From Syntrophorhabdaceae bacterium (GTDB lineage: Bacteria > Desulfobacterota > Syntrophorhabdia > Syntrophorhabdales > Syntrophorhabdaceae): DNA of 64,000 bases. The stretch's first letter is position 1. Each line of letters starts with the position of its first letter. Shown here piece by piece: positions 30,005 through 40,740 of this stretch. The stretch is taken from contig OY762209.1 in NCBI GenBank assembly GCA_963665295.1, positions 4,672,001 to 4,736,000 of the forward strand, written 5' to 3'. Under the pieces are notes generated by a model. It was not told where the DNA came from and made no database searches. It worked only from the letters and a program-made list of their open reading frames with translations. Both the position numbers and the translations under genes were made by a program.

Positions 30005-31929
30005 TTTTCTTTGCCCTTTCTGATTATCGTTCTTTCTTCCATAGGGAGAGGAGGCGGAACAGGCTCGCCGGAGATCTTCGTCACCGAACGGAAGCGCGGG
30101 GGGCAGACCTCAAAGCAGGTTCCACACTTCGTGCATTTCTCCTGGTCAACCACATGGATCTGGTTTTTGCCGCCCACAATCGCATTGGCAGGGCATTTCT
30201 TAAGGCACGTCATACAGGCCTGGCACTTGGCCGGGTCGATGTAGTACGCGATCAGCTCTTTACAGGAGAGGGCGGGGCACCTCTTCTCTTTCACATGCGC
30301 CTCGTACTCGTCCCTGAAGTACTTCAAGGTGCTTAAGAAGGGGTTGGGCGAGCTTTTGCCCAGGGCGCAGAGCGCCGCTTCTATGGCGGTTTCGGATAAC
30401 TGTTCGAGAAGCTCGATGTCTCCCTCTTTTCCCTTGCCCTCGGTAATGTCGGTCAAGAGCTTCAGCATCTGTCTCATGCCTTCACGGCAGGGGACGCACT
30501 TGCCGCAGGACTCGTCGGTGAGGAAGTCGAGGAAGTACCTCGCCACATCGACCATGCATGTATCTTCGTCCATGACGATCATACCGCCCGAGCCCATCAT
30601 GGAGCCCGCCTTCGTGAGTTCGTCAAAACCCACGGGCAGATCGAGCATCTCCTCGGGGATACACCCTCCGGAAGGCCCGCCGGTCTGGACCGCCTTGAAC
30701 TTCTTGCCTCCGGGGATGCCGCCGCCTATCTTGAAGATGATGTCGCGTAGCGGCGTTCCCATGGGCACTTCCACGAGGCCCGTGTTGGTGATCTTGCCCA
30801 CGAGGGAGAAGATCTTCGTGCCCTTGCTGCTCTCGGTGCCGATCTTGGTGAACCAGTCGGCGCCTTTATTGATGATAAGGGGCACATTGGCCCAGGTTTC
30901 CACATTGTTGAGCACGCTCGGCCTGCCCCAGAGACCTACCACGTTGGAGCGGATGTACTTGGGCCTCGGCTCGCCGGCCCGGCCTTCGAGGGCGGTCATG
31001 AGGGCGGTCGATTCACCGCAGACAAAAGCGCCTGCTCCCTGGTGGACCTTGACCACGAAGTCAAAGCCGGAGCCAAGGATGTTCTTCCCGAGGAGGCCCA
31101 GGTCCTCCGCCTGTTTAATGGCGGTAAAGACGTTCTCCACGGCAAGGGGGTATTCCTGACGGACATAGATGTAGCCTTCATGGGCGCCTACTGCGTAGGC
31201 CCCTATGGTGAGTCCTTCGAGGACCGCATGGGGGTTCCCTTCGAGCAAGCTCCTGTCCATATAGGCGCCGGGGTCGCCTTCATCGGCATTGACGATGACG
31301 TACTTGATATCCCCCGGGGCATTGCGGGACCCTTCCCACTTGACGCCTGCGGGGAAGCCGCCGCCTCCACGTCCGCGGAGGTTCGCCTTTTTGACTTCAC
31401 TTAAGACCTCGTCGGAGCTCATCCCTGTCAGGGACTTGGCGAGGGCTGCATACCCGCCGATGGCGAGGTAGTCCTCGATGCTCTTGGGGTCGATGCTGCT
31501 GTTGGAGCCGAAGACGATCCTCTCCTGGTACTTGTAGAAGGGGATATCCGACTCGTGGATGATCTTCTCGTTGGTGACGGGATCGATATAGAGCAGCCTC
31601 TCCACCACCTTCTTCTCTTTTATGGTCTCGGAGATGATCTCGGGGATGTCCTTGGCTTCTATGTTGAAGTAACATATCTCCTCGGGGTGGATGACCACGA
31701 TGGGACCCCTCTCGCAGAAGCCGTGGCAACCGGTCCTTCTAATGTCCACCTGACCGGCGAGGCCCTGTTTTTCGATCTCCTCTTCAATAGCAACGGCAAC
31801 CTCTCCGCTTCCGGAGGCGTTACACGCGGACCCCGAACAGAGGGTGATGCAGGGTTTGTTCGGGTCTCTCTTCGACAGAATGTCTTTTCTGAATTCTTCC
31901 AATTCAGCGGGTGTATTTATACGCGGCAT
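30001..31929 (-). CDS. bamH: BamH (NuoF/HydB-like NADH/FMN subunit)
   Basis: LRGRGGGGFPAG, NADEGDPGAYMDR, GAGAFVCGE, ESCGKCVPCREG, C-terminal ferredoxin domain. Confidence 0.88.
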   Translation of the reverse strand: MPRINTPAELEEFRKDILSKRDPNKPCITLCSGSACNASGSGEVAVAIEEEIEKQGLAGQVDIRRTGCHGFCERGPIVVIHPEEICYFNIEAKDIPEIISETIKEKKVVERLLYIDPVTNEKIIHESDIPFYKYQERIVFGSNSSIDPKSIEDYLAIGGYAALAKSLTGMSSDEVLSEVKKANLRGRGGGGFPAGVKWEGSRNAPGDIKYVIVNADEGDPGAYMDRSLLEGNPHAVLEGLTIGAYAVGAHEGYIYVRQEYPLAVENVFTAIKQAEDLGLLGKNILGSGFDFVVKVHQGAGAFVCGESTALMTALEGRAGEPRPKYIRSNVVGLWGRPSVLNNVETWANVPLIINKGADWFTKIGTESSKGTKIFSLVGKITNTGLVEVPMGTPLRDIIFKIGGGIPGGKKFKAVQTGGPSGGCIPEEMLDLPVGFDELTKAGSMMGSGGMIVMDEDTCMVDVARYFLDFLTDESCGKCVPCREGMRQMLKLLTDITEGKGKEGDIELLEQLSETAIEAALCALGKSSPNPFLSTLKYFRDEYEAHVKEKRCPALSCKELIAYYIDPAKCQACMTCLKKCPANAIVGGKNQIHVVDQEKCTKCGTCFEVCPPRFRSVTKISGEPVPPPLPMEERTIIRKGKEK

Positions 31930-31938
31930 AGTTTTATC

Positions 31939-32391
31939 CTACTCGTAGTTTTTTAGTATCTCTGCTGTCTTGGATGGCGCCATCTTACCGTGAGTCTTTC
32001 CATCCACTTCCATCACGGGTCCCAGAGCACAACAACCGAGGCAGTTCACGGTCTGGAGGCTGAACTTCAGATCCAGGTCCGTCTCTCCCGGCTTGATCCC
32101 CGTCAGGTCCTGAAGCGCGTCGAGGACGCGGGTCGCTCCGCGGACGTGGCAGGCGGTGCCCACACACACGTGGATCTCGTGGCGTCCCTTGGGAACCAGG
32201 CTGAAGGCTTTGTAAAAGGTGGCGATGTGCTGAACCCGGGTCAGGGGGACCTCAAGCTTTTGGGCTACCCTCTCCAGGGCCTCTTTGGGGAGCCAGTGGT
32301 TCTCGCTTTGGATCTCAAGGAGTACCTGAATGAGGGAGCTCGCCTCTCCGTGATGCTTTTCAATGATCTGATCGATTCTCTCGTTATCCAT
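31939..32391 (-). CDS. bamG: BamG (NuoE-like [2Fe-2S])
   Basis: CVGTACHVRG, VNCLGCCALGP. Confidence 0.88.
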   Translation of the reverse strand: MDNERIDQIIEKHHGEASSLIQVLLEIQSENHWLPKEALERVAQKLEVPLTRVQHIATFYKAFSLVPKGRHEIHVCVGTACHVRGATRVLDALQDLTGIKPGETDLDLKFSLQTVNCLGCCALGPVMEVDGKTHGKMAPSKTAEILKNYE

Positions 32392-32401
32392 ATAATCTTC
32401 C

Positions 32402-33169
32402 TTATGCAAGGGTATAGCACTTCTCGTTTACATCATACCTGACCAGTCCGTGTCGTGAAGAGGTGTTCATGTGCCGTGATACCTCGGAGGGGGTCAGGCC
32501 CAGCTTTTCTGCCATCATGCCTGTGGAGAGGGGTTTCTCCTTGAGGAGCAGGAGAATCTCGCTCATGGCAAGCTTATCGAGGACCAGGGTATTGAAGAGC
32601 TTGCCGAACTCGTCGCTCGAAAAGAACTGCTGGTATGCTTCTTTCGATTTGACGGGCAGCCTCAGCCTCTCCCTTTCCACCAGCCTGAGATACGGCACCA
32701 GGCTCGATACTGCGTCGAGTTTGGCCTTGAGGGCCGCCTTGTCCAATCCCTCGCTTTTGCCGAGGGGTCCTAAGTCTTTTATCTGCTTGCCGAACTCGTT
32801 CATGGTCTCGGCAAAAAGGATGCCTTCGCCGCCCGACATGAACTCGATCTTCAGCCTGTCGGGATTGAGGCCTATGTGTTTCATGAGCCTCTTGCCCAGG
32901 TAGGCCATGCTCAGTGCATGGAAATTCCCGTGGGTGATGTAGTTGCACTCGTTAAGATGGCACCCGACGATGAATACCCCGTCCGCCCCTTTCGAGAAGG
33001 CCCGTACTACGTAGGACAGATCGAGTCTGCCCGTGCACATGACGCGGATAAGTCGTATATCAGTGTTATATTGTAGTCTGGAAACTCCAGCCAGGTCAGC
33101 CGCCCCGTAGCCTCACCAGTGACAGACAAAGCCTATTATTTTCGGTTTGAATTTCAGCGCTGCACTCAT
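32402..33169 (-). CDS. bamF: BamF (MvhD-like with C-terminal extension), probable selenoprotein (TGA 33113-33115)
   Basis: ATG 33169 gives [48 protein letters not shown], in frame with the ORF-track fragment. Confidence 0.88.
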
Positions 33170-33199
33170 TAGTTCCCACCTCCCTTGATAAAATTCCTG

Positions 33200-36100
33200 C
33201 TACGCATCTCCCACCGCCTCGTCCTCCGGGAGGGCCGCATCGATCTGGCTTATGATCTCCTCGTCGGTAAAGTGTTTCAGTGAAATGGCCTCTGTTCCGC
33301 ACACGGTGTTGCAGAGACCGTCTCCCTTGCAGAGCACGGGGTTGACCCTCGCCTTTCTGCCGTCCGGTGTGTCATAGAAATCTATGGCGCCGTACTCGCA
33401 CACGGTGATGCATGCGCCGCACGAGATGCACTTGTTCTCATCCACCTCACATATGGAGCCCGAGGCGGTGACGATGTCGCGGGAGAGGAGCGTTAAGGCC
33501 CGGCCCGCGGCGCCGTAGGACTGGTTGATCGTCTCCTGGATGAACTTCGGGTAGTGGGCGATGCCGCAGAGGTAGACACCGTCCGTGCCGAATTCGACGG
33601 GCCGCAATTTTACGTGGGCTTCCTTGAACCAGTCGTCGGGTCCCAAAGAGACCTTGAACTGGAGGGAGATGTCCTTGTTCCCCGCGGAGGGGACGATGGC
33701 CGCGGCGAGGGCGAGCACATCGGCGTCGAGTTCGAGTTCCTTGCCCAGGATATAATCGACGGCAGTGACTTTGAGCACGGGACGTCCGTCCTCGGCCTCA
33801 CCGGGCTCCACCCGGGGCGGGGCTTCCGGCTCGTAGCGGATGAACCTCACGTCCTTGTTTGCCGCTTCCCGGTAATAGTCTTCCCTGAACCCGTAGGTCC
33901 TCATATCCCTGAAGAGGACGTAAATGTCCATGGCGGGATTGAGCGCCTTCAGGCTGAGGGCGTTCTTCACGGACTGGCTGCAGCAGATCCTCGCGCAGTA
34001 GTTCCTGTCCTCGTTCCTGCAGCCCACGCACTGGATCATGACCAGGCTCTGGGCCTTGGTTACCTTCTCATCGGCGGCGGTGATCTTCTCTTCCAGCTCG
34101 AGGCCGGTCATTACCCGCTCGTCTTCACCGTAGAGGTACTCGGTGGGCTTGTATTCATCGGCGCCTGTCGCGATGACCGCGGCGCCGTGCTTTATCTCGG
34201 TTATTCCCCTGTCGGACTTTATCTTCGTCACGAAGTTACCCACGTAACCCGTGCCTTCCAGGATCACGGCGTTCGTATATACGTGGATCAGGGGGTTCTT
34301 GAATACCTTGTCCATGGTCTCGCGGAGGAAGGCCTGGACATCGAGTCCTTCCAGGGTGGTGCTGATCCTTCTCGCGATACCGCCTAATTCCTTTTCTCTC
34401 TCCAGGAGGTAGACCTCGTGGCCCTGGTCCGCGATGGAGAGGGAACATGTCATGCCCGCGATGCCTCCGCCTACTACCAGGGCGGTCTTGTTGACGGGCA
34501 GGTCGATCTCTTGTAAGGGCGCCAGATGGCGGGCCCGCGCCACGGACATGCGGATAATGTCCTTGGCCTTTTCCGTGGCTTCTTCCTTTTCACGGGCGTG
34601 CACCCAGGAGCAGTGCTCCCTGATGTTTGCCATGTCGTAGTAGTACTGGTTGATCCCCGCCTCGCGGAGGGTGTCCCTGAACAGGGGTTCGAGGGTCCTG
34701 GGCGAGCAGGCGGCAACGATCACGCGGTTGAGTCCCTTCTCTTTGGTCACGTCCGTGATCTCTCGCGCGGAGTTGGTGGCGCAGGAGAATATCTGCTGCT
34801 GGGCGTGGACCACGTTGGGGAGGCTCAAGGCGTATTCCACCGCCGAGGGAACGCTTACGATCCTGCTGATGTTGGCGCCGCAGTGACATACGAAGACGCC
34901 GATCCTCGGCTCTTCCTGGGAGACGTCTCTCTCGGGAGGATAGATCCTCTCTTTGGCGAGGTCGCCTCTGCGGTAGTCAAGGAGCGCGCCTACCTGGGAA
35001 CCGGCGCCGCTTGCGGAGAATACCGACTCGGGTATATCCACGGGACCCTGGAAACCGCCGCTTACAAAGATGCCGGGCCTGCTCGTCTCCATGGGGTTCA
35101 CGGGATTGATCTTGCAGAATTCATGGTCGTTGAGCTCGATGCCGAACTTCTCCGCCAGGCCCTTCACATCCTTGGGAGGATTGAGGCCCACGGAGAGGAC
35201 GACCATCTCGAACTCTTCTTCCTTTACCCCGTCATCGGGGGTGGAGTACCGTATGCTTACGTTCTTCGTGACAGGGTCTTCCTTCCCTATGGACACGTAG
35301 CTTCTGAAGAAGCGCACGCCGGGAAGTTTGTCCGTTCTCTCGAAGAAGCGCTCGAAGTCCTTGCCGTAGGAACGGACGTCATTATGGAAAATGGTGCACT
35401 CCGCACCTGCGTCATGCTCCTTGGTGAGGATCACCTGTTTCTGCGTGTAGGTACAGCAGACAGCCGAACAATAGCTGTTGCCGCCCTCGATTACCTGACG
35501 GGAACCGACGCACTGAATCCAGGCAATCTTGTGGGGGTGCTTCTTGTCGGAAGCACGGAGTATCTCGCCCTGGTAGGGGCCCGTGGCGGACAGAAGACGC
35601 TCGAAGTCCATGCTCGTGACCACGTTCTCGAACTTCCCGTATCCGTAGTCTTCACGGAGCTTGGGATCGAAGGGCTCAAGACCGGAGGAGAGAATGATGG
35701 CGCCTACGTTGATGTCCACCTTCTCCGCCGTCTGGTTGAAATCTATGGCGTCGTTCTTACATACCGCCTCGCAGATGCGGCACTTTTTCTCCTTGAGGTA
35801 AAGACAGCTCTCATCTATATACGTGATAAGGGGAATCGCCTGGGCGAAATAAACGTGAACCGCCTTGTTCTTGGATATATCCTGGTTGAACTGATCAGGG
35901 TATTTGACGGGGCAGTACTCCACACAGACCGTACAACCCGTGCACTTGTCCTCCCGGATGTACCGGGGCTTCCTGTTCAGTGTTACGTTAAAGTTACCTT
36001 CCTCGCCAATGACGTTCTCTACATCAGTGTACGTCAGTACTTCTATATTCGGATGCCGGCCGACCTCGACCAGTTTAGGTGCGAGTATTCACATCGAGCA

Positions 36101-36319
36101 GTCGTTGGTCGGAAAGGTCTTGTCAAGCTGAGCCATGTGGCCGCCGATGGACGGCGACTTCTCAACAAGGTAGACCTTGAAACCCGCAGTGCCGAGATCG
36201 AGGGCGGCCTGAATACCGCTGATCCCGCCACCGACTACCAGGACATCTCCGAAATTACTCTCCTCGAAGCTCTTGCACAGAATATCGACTTGTTCTTTTT
36301 CAGAAAATTGTTTTTCCAC
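33200..36319 (-). CDS. bamE: BamE (HdrA-like), probable selenoprotein (TGA 36089-36091)
   Basis: ORFs 36089-36319 and 33200-35923 join in frame: [31 protein letters not shown]...[12 protein letters not shown]. Confidence 0.9.
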
Positions 36320-36354
36320 TTTCTACCACCTCATCAGGTTTTATATACCCGTAC

Positions 36355-36384
36355 TACCATGGAGCGCTTTCACGCTCCATGGTA
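36355..36384. repeat. Perfect 12-bp inverted repeat between bamD and bamE
   Basis: TACCATGGAGCG-CTTTCA-CGCTCCATGGTA. Confidence 0.75.
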
Positions 36385-36400
36385 TCCTCTGAATAACTCT

Positions 36401-37552
36401 TTAAATGACTTCCGCGAGAATCTCCGTAATATCCTTGACCTCTATGGCCTCACCGTAACCCATGACCAGTCTGCTGTCTTCAAGGGCGGTGATGCAATAG
36501 GGACACGCGGTGGCCAGTACGTCGGCCTTGAGCCCCACGGCCTGATCGAGCCTCAGGTTCGAGAACCGGTCGTCCTTCAGTGTTTCCATCCAGACCCTGC
36601 CTCCACCCATACCGCAGCAGAGACTCTCTTCCCGTATCTCGGGCAACTCGACAAACTCCAGTCCGGGTATCTTCTTAAGGACGTCCCGGGGCTCATCATA
36701 TATACCATTGTGGCGGCCCAGGTAGCAAGGATCATGGTAGGTTATCCTCTTCGCATATTCCTTGTCGATCTCGAGCCTTCCCTCGTTAATGAGCTCAAAG
36801 AGAAACTGGGAGATGTGGACCACCTCGAAGTTGACCTTGAACTGGGCATACTCGTTTTTGAATGTATGATAACAATGGGGGGAGGACACAAGGATCTTCT
36901 TCACCCCGTTATCGATGAAAGTCTTGATGTTTTCCTTGGCAAGGCGTTTGAAGAGATCCTCGTTGCCGGTCTTCCGGATGCTCTCTCCGCAGCAGCTTTC
37001 CTTCTCGCCGAGTATCCCGAAATCCACCCCTGCCTTGTTGAGGATACGGACCGTGGCCTGAGCCACCTTCTTCAACCTCGGGTCATAACTGCAGTAGCAG
37101 TCCGGGAAATAGAGAATCTCCATGCCTTCTTTAAAGGCCTTTACATTGAGGCCCTCTGCCCACTCCGCCCTTTTTGACCGGTCTTCGCCGAAGGGGTTGC
37201 CCTGGGCGGCAAGGCCGGACGCTACGGCGCGCACGGGTTTTACATGGGCGGGGAACACGCCGTATCCCGTGGCCATTCTCCTCAACGCTACCATGTTGTC
37301 TATCTGCTTCACGTCCCTCGGGCACCGCTGGGGGCACTTTCCGCAGGTCGTGCAGCGCCAGATCTCCTCGCGCTCTATCTCACTCAACCCGAATGTAGCC
37401 TCTCGGATCAGCTTGCGCATGCTAAAGGTTCTTACCCTGTTCCAGGGACAGACGGTGTCGCACTTTCCGCATTGGTAGCAGAATTTTACGGCCTCTCCAC
37501 CCTTTTCCTTTACCTCATCTATTACCTCTTTGAAGGGGGCTACAGTTTCCAC
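36401..37552 (-). CDS. bamD: BamD (HdrD-like: 2x[4Fe-4S] plus CCG domains)
   Basis: CYQCGKCDTVCP, CTTCGKCPQRCP, ESCCG, YHDPCYLGR, CCGMGGG, ACPYC. Confidence 0.88.
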   Translation of the reverse strand: METVAPFKEVIDEVKEKGGEAVKFCYQCGKCDTVCPWNRVRTFSMRKLIREATFGLSEIEREEIWRCTTCGKCPQRCPRDVKQIDNMVALRRMATGYGVFPAHVKPVRAVASGLAAQGNPFGEDRSKRAEWAEGLNVKAFKEGMEILYFPDCYCSYDPRLKKVAQATVRILNKAGVDFGILGEKESCCGESIRKTGNEDLFKRLAKENIKTFIDNGVKKILVSSPHCYHTFKNEYAQFKVNFEVVHISQFLFELINEGRLEIDKEYAKRITYHDPCYLGRHNGIYDEPRDVLKKIPGLEFVELPEIREESLCCGMGGGRVWMETLKDDRFSNLRLDQAVGLKADVLATACPYCITALEDSRLVMGYGEAIEVKDITEILAEVI

Positions 37553-37575
37553 GTTATTTATCCTCTTCTTTTGCC

Positions 37576-38121
37576 TTAGTTGGTTTCTTTCTGTGACATG
37601 CGGGCAATGGCATCGATCACTTTTTCTCTGCCAAACTTGTCAATCATTGACTCAAGCCCCAGCACCACGTCCTCTACCTTCTCGTCTTCCTCTACCTCTT
37701 CTTCCCGTTCCTCGTACTTCAGGACATCATTCATGCACACCTGAACACAAAGGGGCAACTCGCCTTCCGCCTCGTCTTCACACATATCACACTTGAGAGG
37801 CAGGCCTGAATCAGGCTCTTTGAAGAAGTCTCTGGACGGACACGCGGCTCTACAGAAGGTACATTCCTCGTATTCCTTGCCGTCGATGATATACTGATCT
37901 CTGCCCATACACTCCGCCGGCGTATACTCGCCTGCAAACACCGGAAGCCATATGTCCTTTGTCCGGTGAGTGACCACCTGGATACGAGACCTTGCCGGAT
38001 TAACACTGCTGTATTTCGGCGTTGCGTGAGCCGTCGAGCAAACTATCTCGCATCCCCGGCAACCATTGCACTTATCCGCATCAATCTTGATTGTCTTGAC
38101 TTTCTTCTTAATCTTGGCCAT
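37576..38121 (-). CDS. bamC: BamC (Fe-S electron-transfer subunit)
   Basis: CNGCRGCEIVC, ECTFCRAACP, LKCDMC..LCVQVC; directly after bamB. Confidence 0.88.
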   Translation of the reverse strand: MAKIKKKVKTIKIDADKCNGCRGCEIVCSTAHATPKYSSVNPARSRIQVVTHRTKDIWLPVFAGEYTPAECMGRDQYIIDGKEYEECTFCRAACPSRDFFKEPDSGLPLKCDMCEDEAEGELPLCVQVCMNDVLKYEEREEEVEEDEKVEDVVLGLESMIDKFGREKVIDAIARMSQKETN

Positions 38122-40078
38122 TTTTCAATATACCTCTCTGTTCTAAGTCGTCTGCGACGTATCCTAAATCCAACTCCTCCAACCTTTCTCGTGTGGGGAT
38201 ACCGTCGTCATTCCAGCCTTTATATTTGTAGTACGTACTCAAGAGTTGCTGCTCGAGCTCGGGGAATCTCTTCTTCCAGTGGTCTTCCGGTGGCTTCTCA
38301 TCGGCTCTCCTCAGACCCAATCTCACGTTATACGCCCTGTGCAGATTCCGGCTCCTGTTGACTATCTTCTTCAGCCCGGCTTCGTCTATGTCCATGCCCG
38401 TGGCCGCGGAAATCAAAAGCGGGAAATTATGTATATGATATGGAGGTTTCAGACAGAACGACGACATACCTGCGCACATTCCGACTGCGTCATCGATGTT
38501 GTGGAGCATTTCCATCCAATCTACAATCTCCGAACACATGTCAGGAGTCGGGAAATAGGGGATGGCCTTTTCTCCACGAGGCTCCCAATCCAGCAAGTAT
38601 TGCTTCATATGTTCACTCGGAAGCTGAGGCCAATCCTTAACGAAACCTTCTCTCTGCTCCATTGTGGGGAAAGCTGCCTGAGGCCAGTTACCTTCGATCT
38701 GGGTGATACTTATCTTTTCGTTGGTAGCATACATGAGGAAATAGAGAGGATCCAGGACGCCCAGCTTCAAAGGAAGCTGCTCGTGTTTCTTGATGGTATT
38801 ATGATCAAACGCCTCTGCGCCGTTCCCGATCTTTCGGGCCGCGGCATAGACGCCGTCCGCAAGAATATCTCCAATTCCCTCGCGGCGGACGACCCTGTCA
38901 AGAAGCCAGAAGAATCTCCCTTCCTTATCCTGCGGGCACCCTTCGAAGTCCTTGTCGGTCAGAATTCCGGCTTCATAGAGCTCAACGGCGAAGGCCAGAA
39001 TCTGTGGGGTCGAAAATGAATCCACTCCATACTCCGTGGCACGCTGAAGGATTCTGAAGTTAAAACCCAAGTCGTCTACATAGGATGCCATACAATAGGT
39101 GAGCTTGCCGAAGCACTTTGCCATGTACCGCGGGGTATCCTGGTAGGAGATCAATGCGCCGCAATGCTGGGGACAGTTGAAGCAGCTTATCAACCGCTTT
39201 ATGGCGCTTAATTGGGTCGACGGCCATTGCACGTTGATATTCTCGTCCCAGAATCCCCTTCTACGGGTACGGGCATTTCCCCACATGAAGTTCTCTGTGT
39301 GCCACTTCTCATCAGTGTGCACCATCTCCTGGGGCGACCCGATTCCGGACAGAATGGTCATTACGTCAGGAATGGGGTTTGTGTTCCGATACTTTATGTA
39401 GTCCGTCACGCCTTTCATGTGCTCCATGAACTCGGCGCCGCGGGCAAGGTTCAGGTCCTTCGTTCCGCGTACGGCTATGGCCTTTATCTTCTTGTCTCCC
39501 ATGACCGCGCCGCCGCCGAGCCTGCTGGCGCTTGACCTCGACTGCTCGATGGAAGCCGTGAAGCACCTGTTTTCACCGGCCAAACCGATGGCGGCCACCT
39601 GGGCATTGGGCTCGTTCAGTTCCTTCCGGATCAGGTCCTGCGTTTCCACAGCCCCTCTACCTTTCAGATGGGAAGCATCACGGAGTTCTACCTTGTCGTT
39701 GTGTATCCATAAGTAAACCCACTTAGGCGACTTGTTGCGAAAAACCACCTTATCGTACCCGGCGTACTTCAGTTCCGCCGACCAGAACCCTCCCATCATG
39801 GGATACGCCAGATACCCCGACTCAGGAGAAATAAAGGTGACAACAGTCCGGTTGGCGCTGAAAGCGGGGGTGCCGTTGAATAAACCGGTGCTGAATATCA
39901 AAAGATTCTCAGGATCAAATGGTTTAGTCTCAGGCGGAACCCTATCCCAGTGCATCTTGACGCTGGTTCCCAGCCCCCCGAGATGAAGTTCGGTTAGTTT
40001 CGGGTCGGTTTCTACCCTCTCGATGTTCCCTGTGGCTAGATCAATTTCTAAGTTATACCCAGTTTCTGCGTATCTCAT
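38108..40078 (-). CDS. bamB: BamB, tungstopterin AOR-family catalytic subunit of class II benzoyl-CoA reductase
   Basis: MRYAETGYNLEIDL, ELKYAGYD, GSPQEM..DEKWHTENF, SCFNCPQHC, AKCFGK; BCDEFGHI gene order. Confidence 0.88.
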   Translation of the reverse strand: MRYAETGYNLEIDLATGNIERVETDPKLTELHLGGLGTSVKMHWDRVPPETKPFDPENLLIFSTGLFNGTPAFSANRTVVTFISPESGYLAYPMMGGFWSAELKYAGYDKVVFRNKSPKWVYLWIHNDKVELRDASHLKGRGAVETQDLIRKELNEPNAQVAAIGLAGENRCFTASIEQSRSSASRLGGGAVMGDKKIKAIAVRGTKDLNLARGAEFMEHMKGVTDYIKYRNTNPIPDVMTILSGIGSPQEMVHTDEKWHTENFMWGNARTRRRGFWDENINVQWPSTQLSAIKRLISCFNCPQHCGALISYQDTPRYMAKCFGKLTYCMASYVDDLGFNFRILQRATEYGVDSFSTPQILAFAVELYEAGILTDKDFEGCPQDKEGRFFWLLDRVVRREGIGDILADGVYAAARKIGNGAEAFDHNTIKKHEQLPLKLGVLDPLYFLMYATNEKISITQIEGNWPQAAFPTMEQREGFVKDWPQLPSEHMKQYLLDWEPRGEKAIPYFPTPDMCSEIVDWMEMLHNIDDAVGMCAGMSSFCLKPPYHIHNFPLLISAATGMDIDEAGLKKIVNRSRNLHRAYNVRLGLRRADEKPPEDHWKKRFPELEQQLLSTYYKYKGWNDDGIPTRERLEELDLGYVADDLEQRGILKNGQD

Positions 40079-40118
40079 TTTTGGCTCCTATAATACCTGT
40101 GGTTGATCATTCTCTACT

Positions 40119-40180
40119 ATTGTGAATAAAATATCAAAACGAAACTTTCCTGTCAAGACAAATAGGAAAAAATTCACAAT
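40119..40180 (-). promoter_or_regulatory. bamB sigma70 promoter flanked by TTGTGAA/TTCACAA operator-like sites
   Basis: Minus strand TTGACA (40151-40156), 17 nt, TATTTT; ATTGTGAAT 40119-40127 and ATTCACAAT 40172-40180. Confidence 0.55.
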
Positions 40181-40553
40181 GAAAAACTACGATCAGGTAT
40201 AATACAACTCAAATGTCTTATAACAACTTCCACTACGACTTATGATACCCTTTTGATCCATATCCGCGGCGGGCATGACGGTTCGGACAGCCTGTATCTG
40301 CCGCCCTATTCCGGCCATCGCCCCTTCAGTCGAATGCGTCCCTTGCACAGCGCCGGCAAGCAATGATCGGGTGATCCGGGCGCATCGAGGGAGAGGGAAC
40401 GTGCAACCGACCCGGGTCGAAGAACGATGACCATAAGGAATTTATGTTCCCATTTCGATCGCGGTAGCGTTGACAATGTCGTGCATTTCATCTATCATTA
40501 ATTGACTTATCAGGAGTTAGCCTGTTGTCAATCAACATTTCAGGAGACCAGCA

Positions 40554-40739
40554 ATGAGCGAAAATGAAAAACTCGTACTAGACACAGCCCGGTTACGCGA
40601 AGACAACAAGAAGATACTTGCCTGTGCGCAGGCAGTGAAGTTATCAAAGGAACACGACATCTCTTTGAAGGAGATCGGCGAGATATGTAACCGCCTCGGA
40701 GTCAAGGTGATTGAATGTCAACTCGGCTGCTTCAAATAG
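40554..40739 (+). CDS. 61-aa Cys-motif protein (CAQA...CQLGCF)
   Basis: RBS AGGAG; C-terminal CQLGCF motif typical of a small-protein family of anaerobes. Confidence 0.75.
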   Translation: MSENEKLVLDTARLREDNKKILACAQAVKLSKEHDISLKEIGEICNRLGVKVIECQLGCFK

Positions 40740-40740
40740 C

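Noticed and set aside
33113..36319. bamE and bamF (also mvhD and moeB) as nonsense pseudogenes
   Set aside because: All four stops are TGA, fall exactly at conserved Cys positions, have downstream hairpins and keep intact frames, so Sec recoding fits better
34526..37177. 883-aa plus-strand ORF, and similar long antisense ORFs (10869-12656, 8549-9964, 25084-26055)
   Set aside because: Shadows of well-supported minus-strand genes in GC-rich DNA; no recognisable motifs
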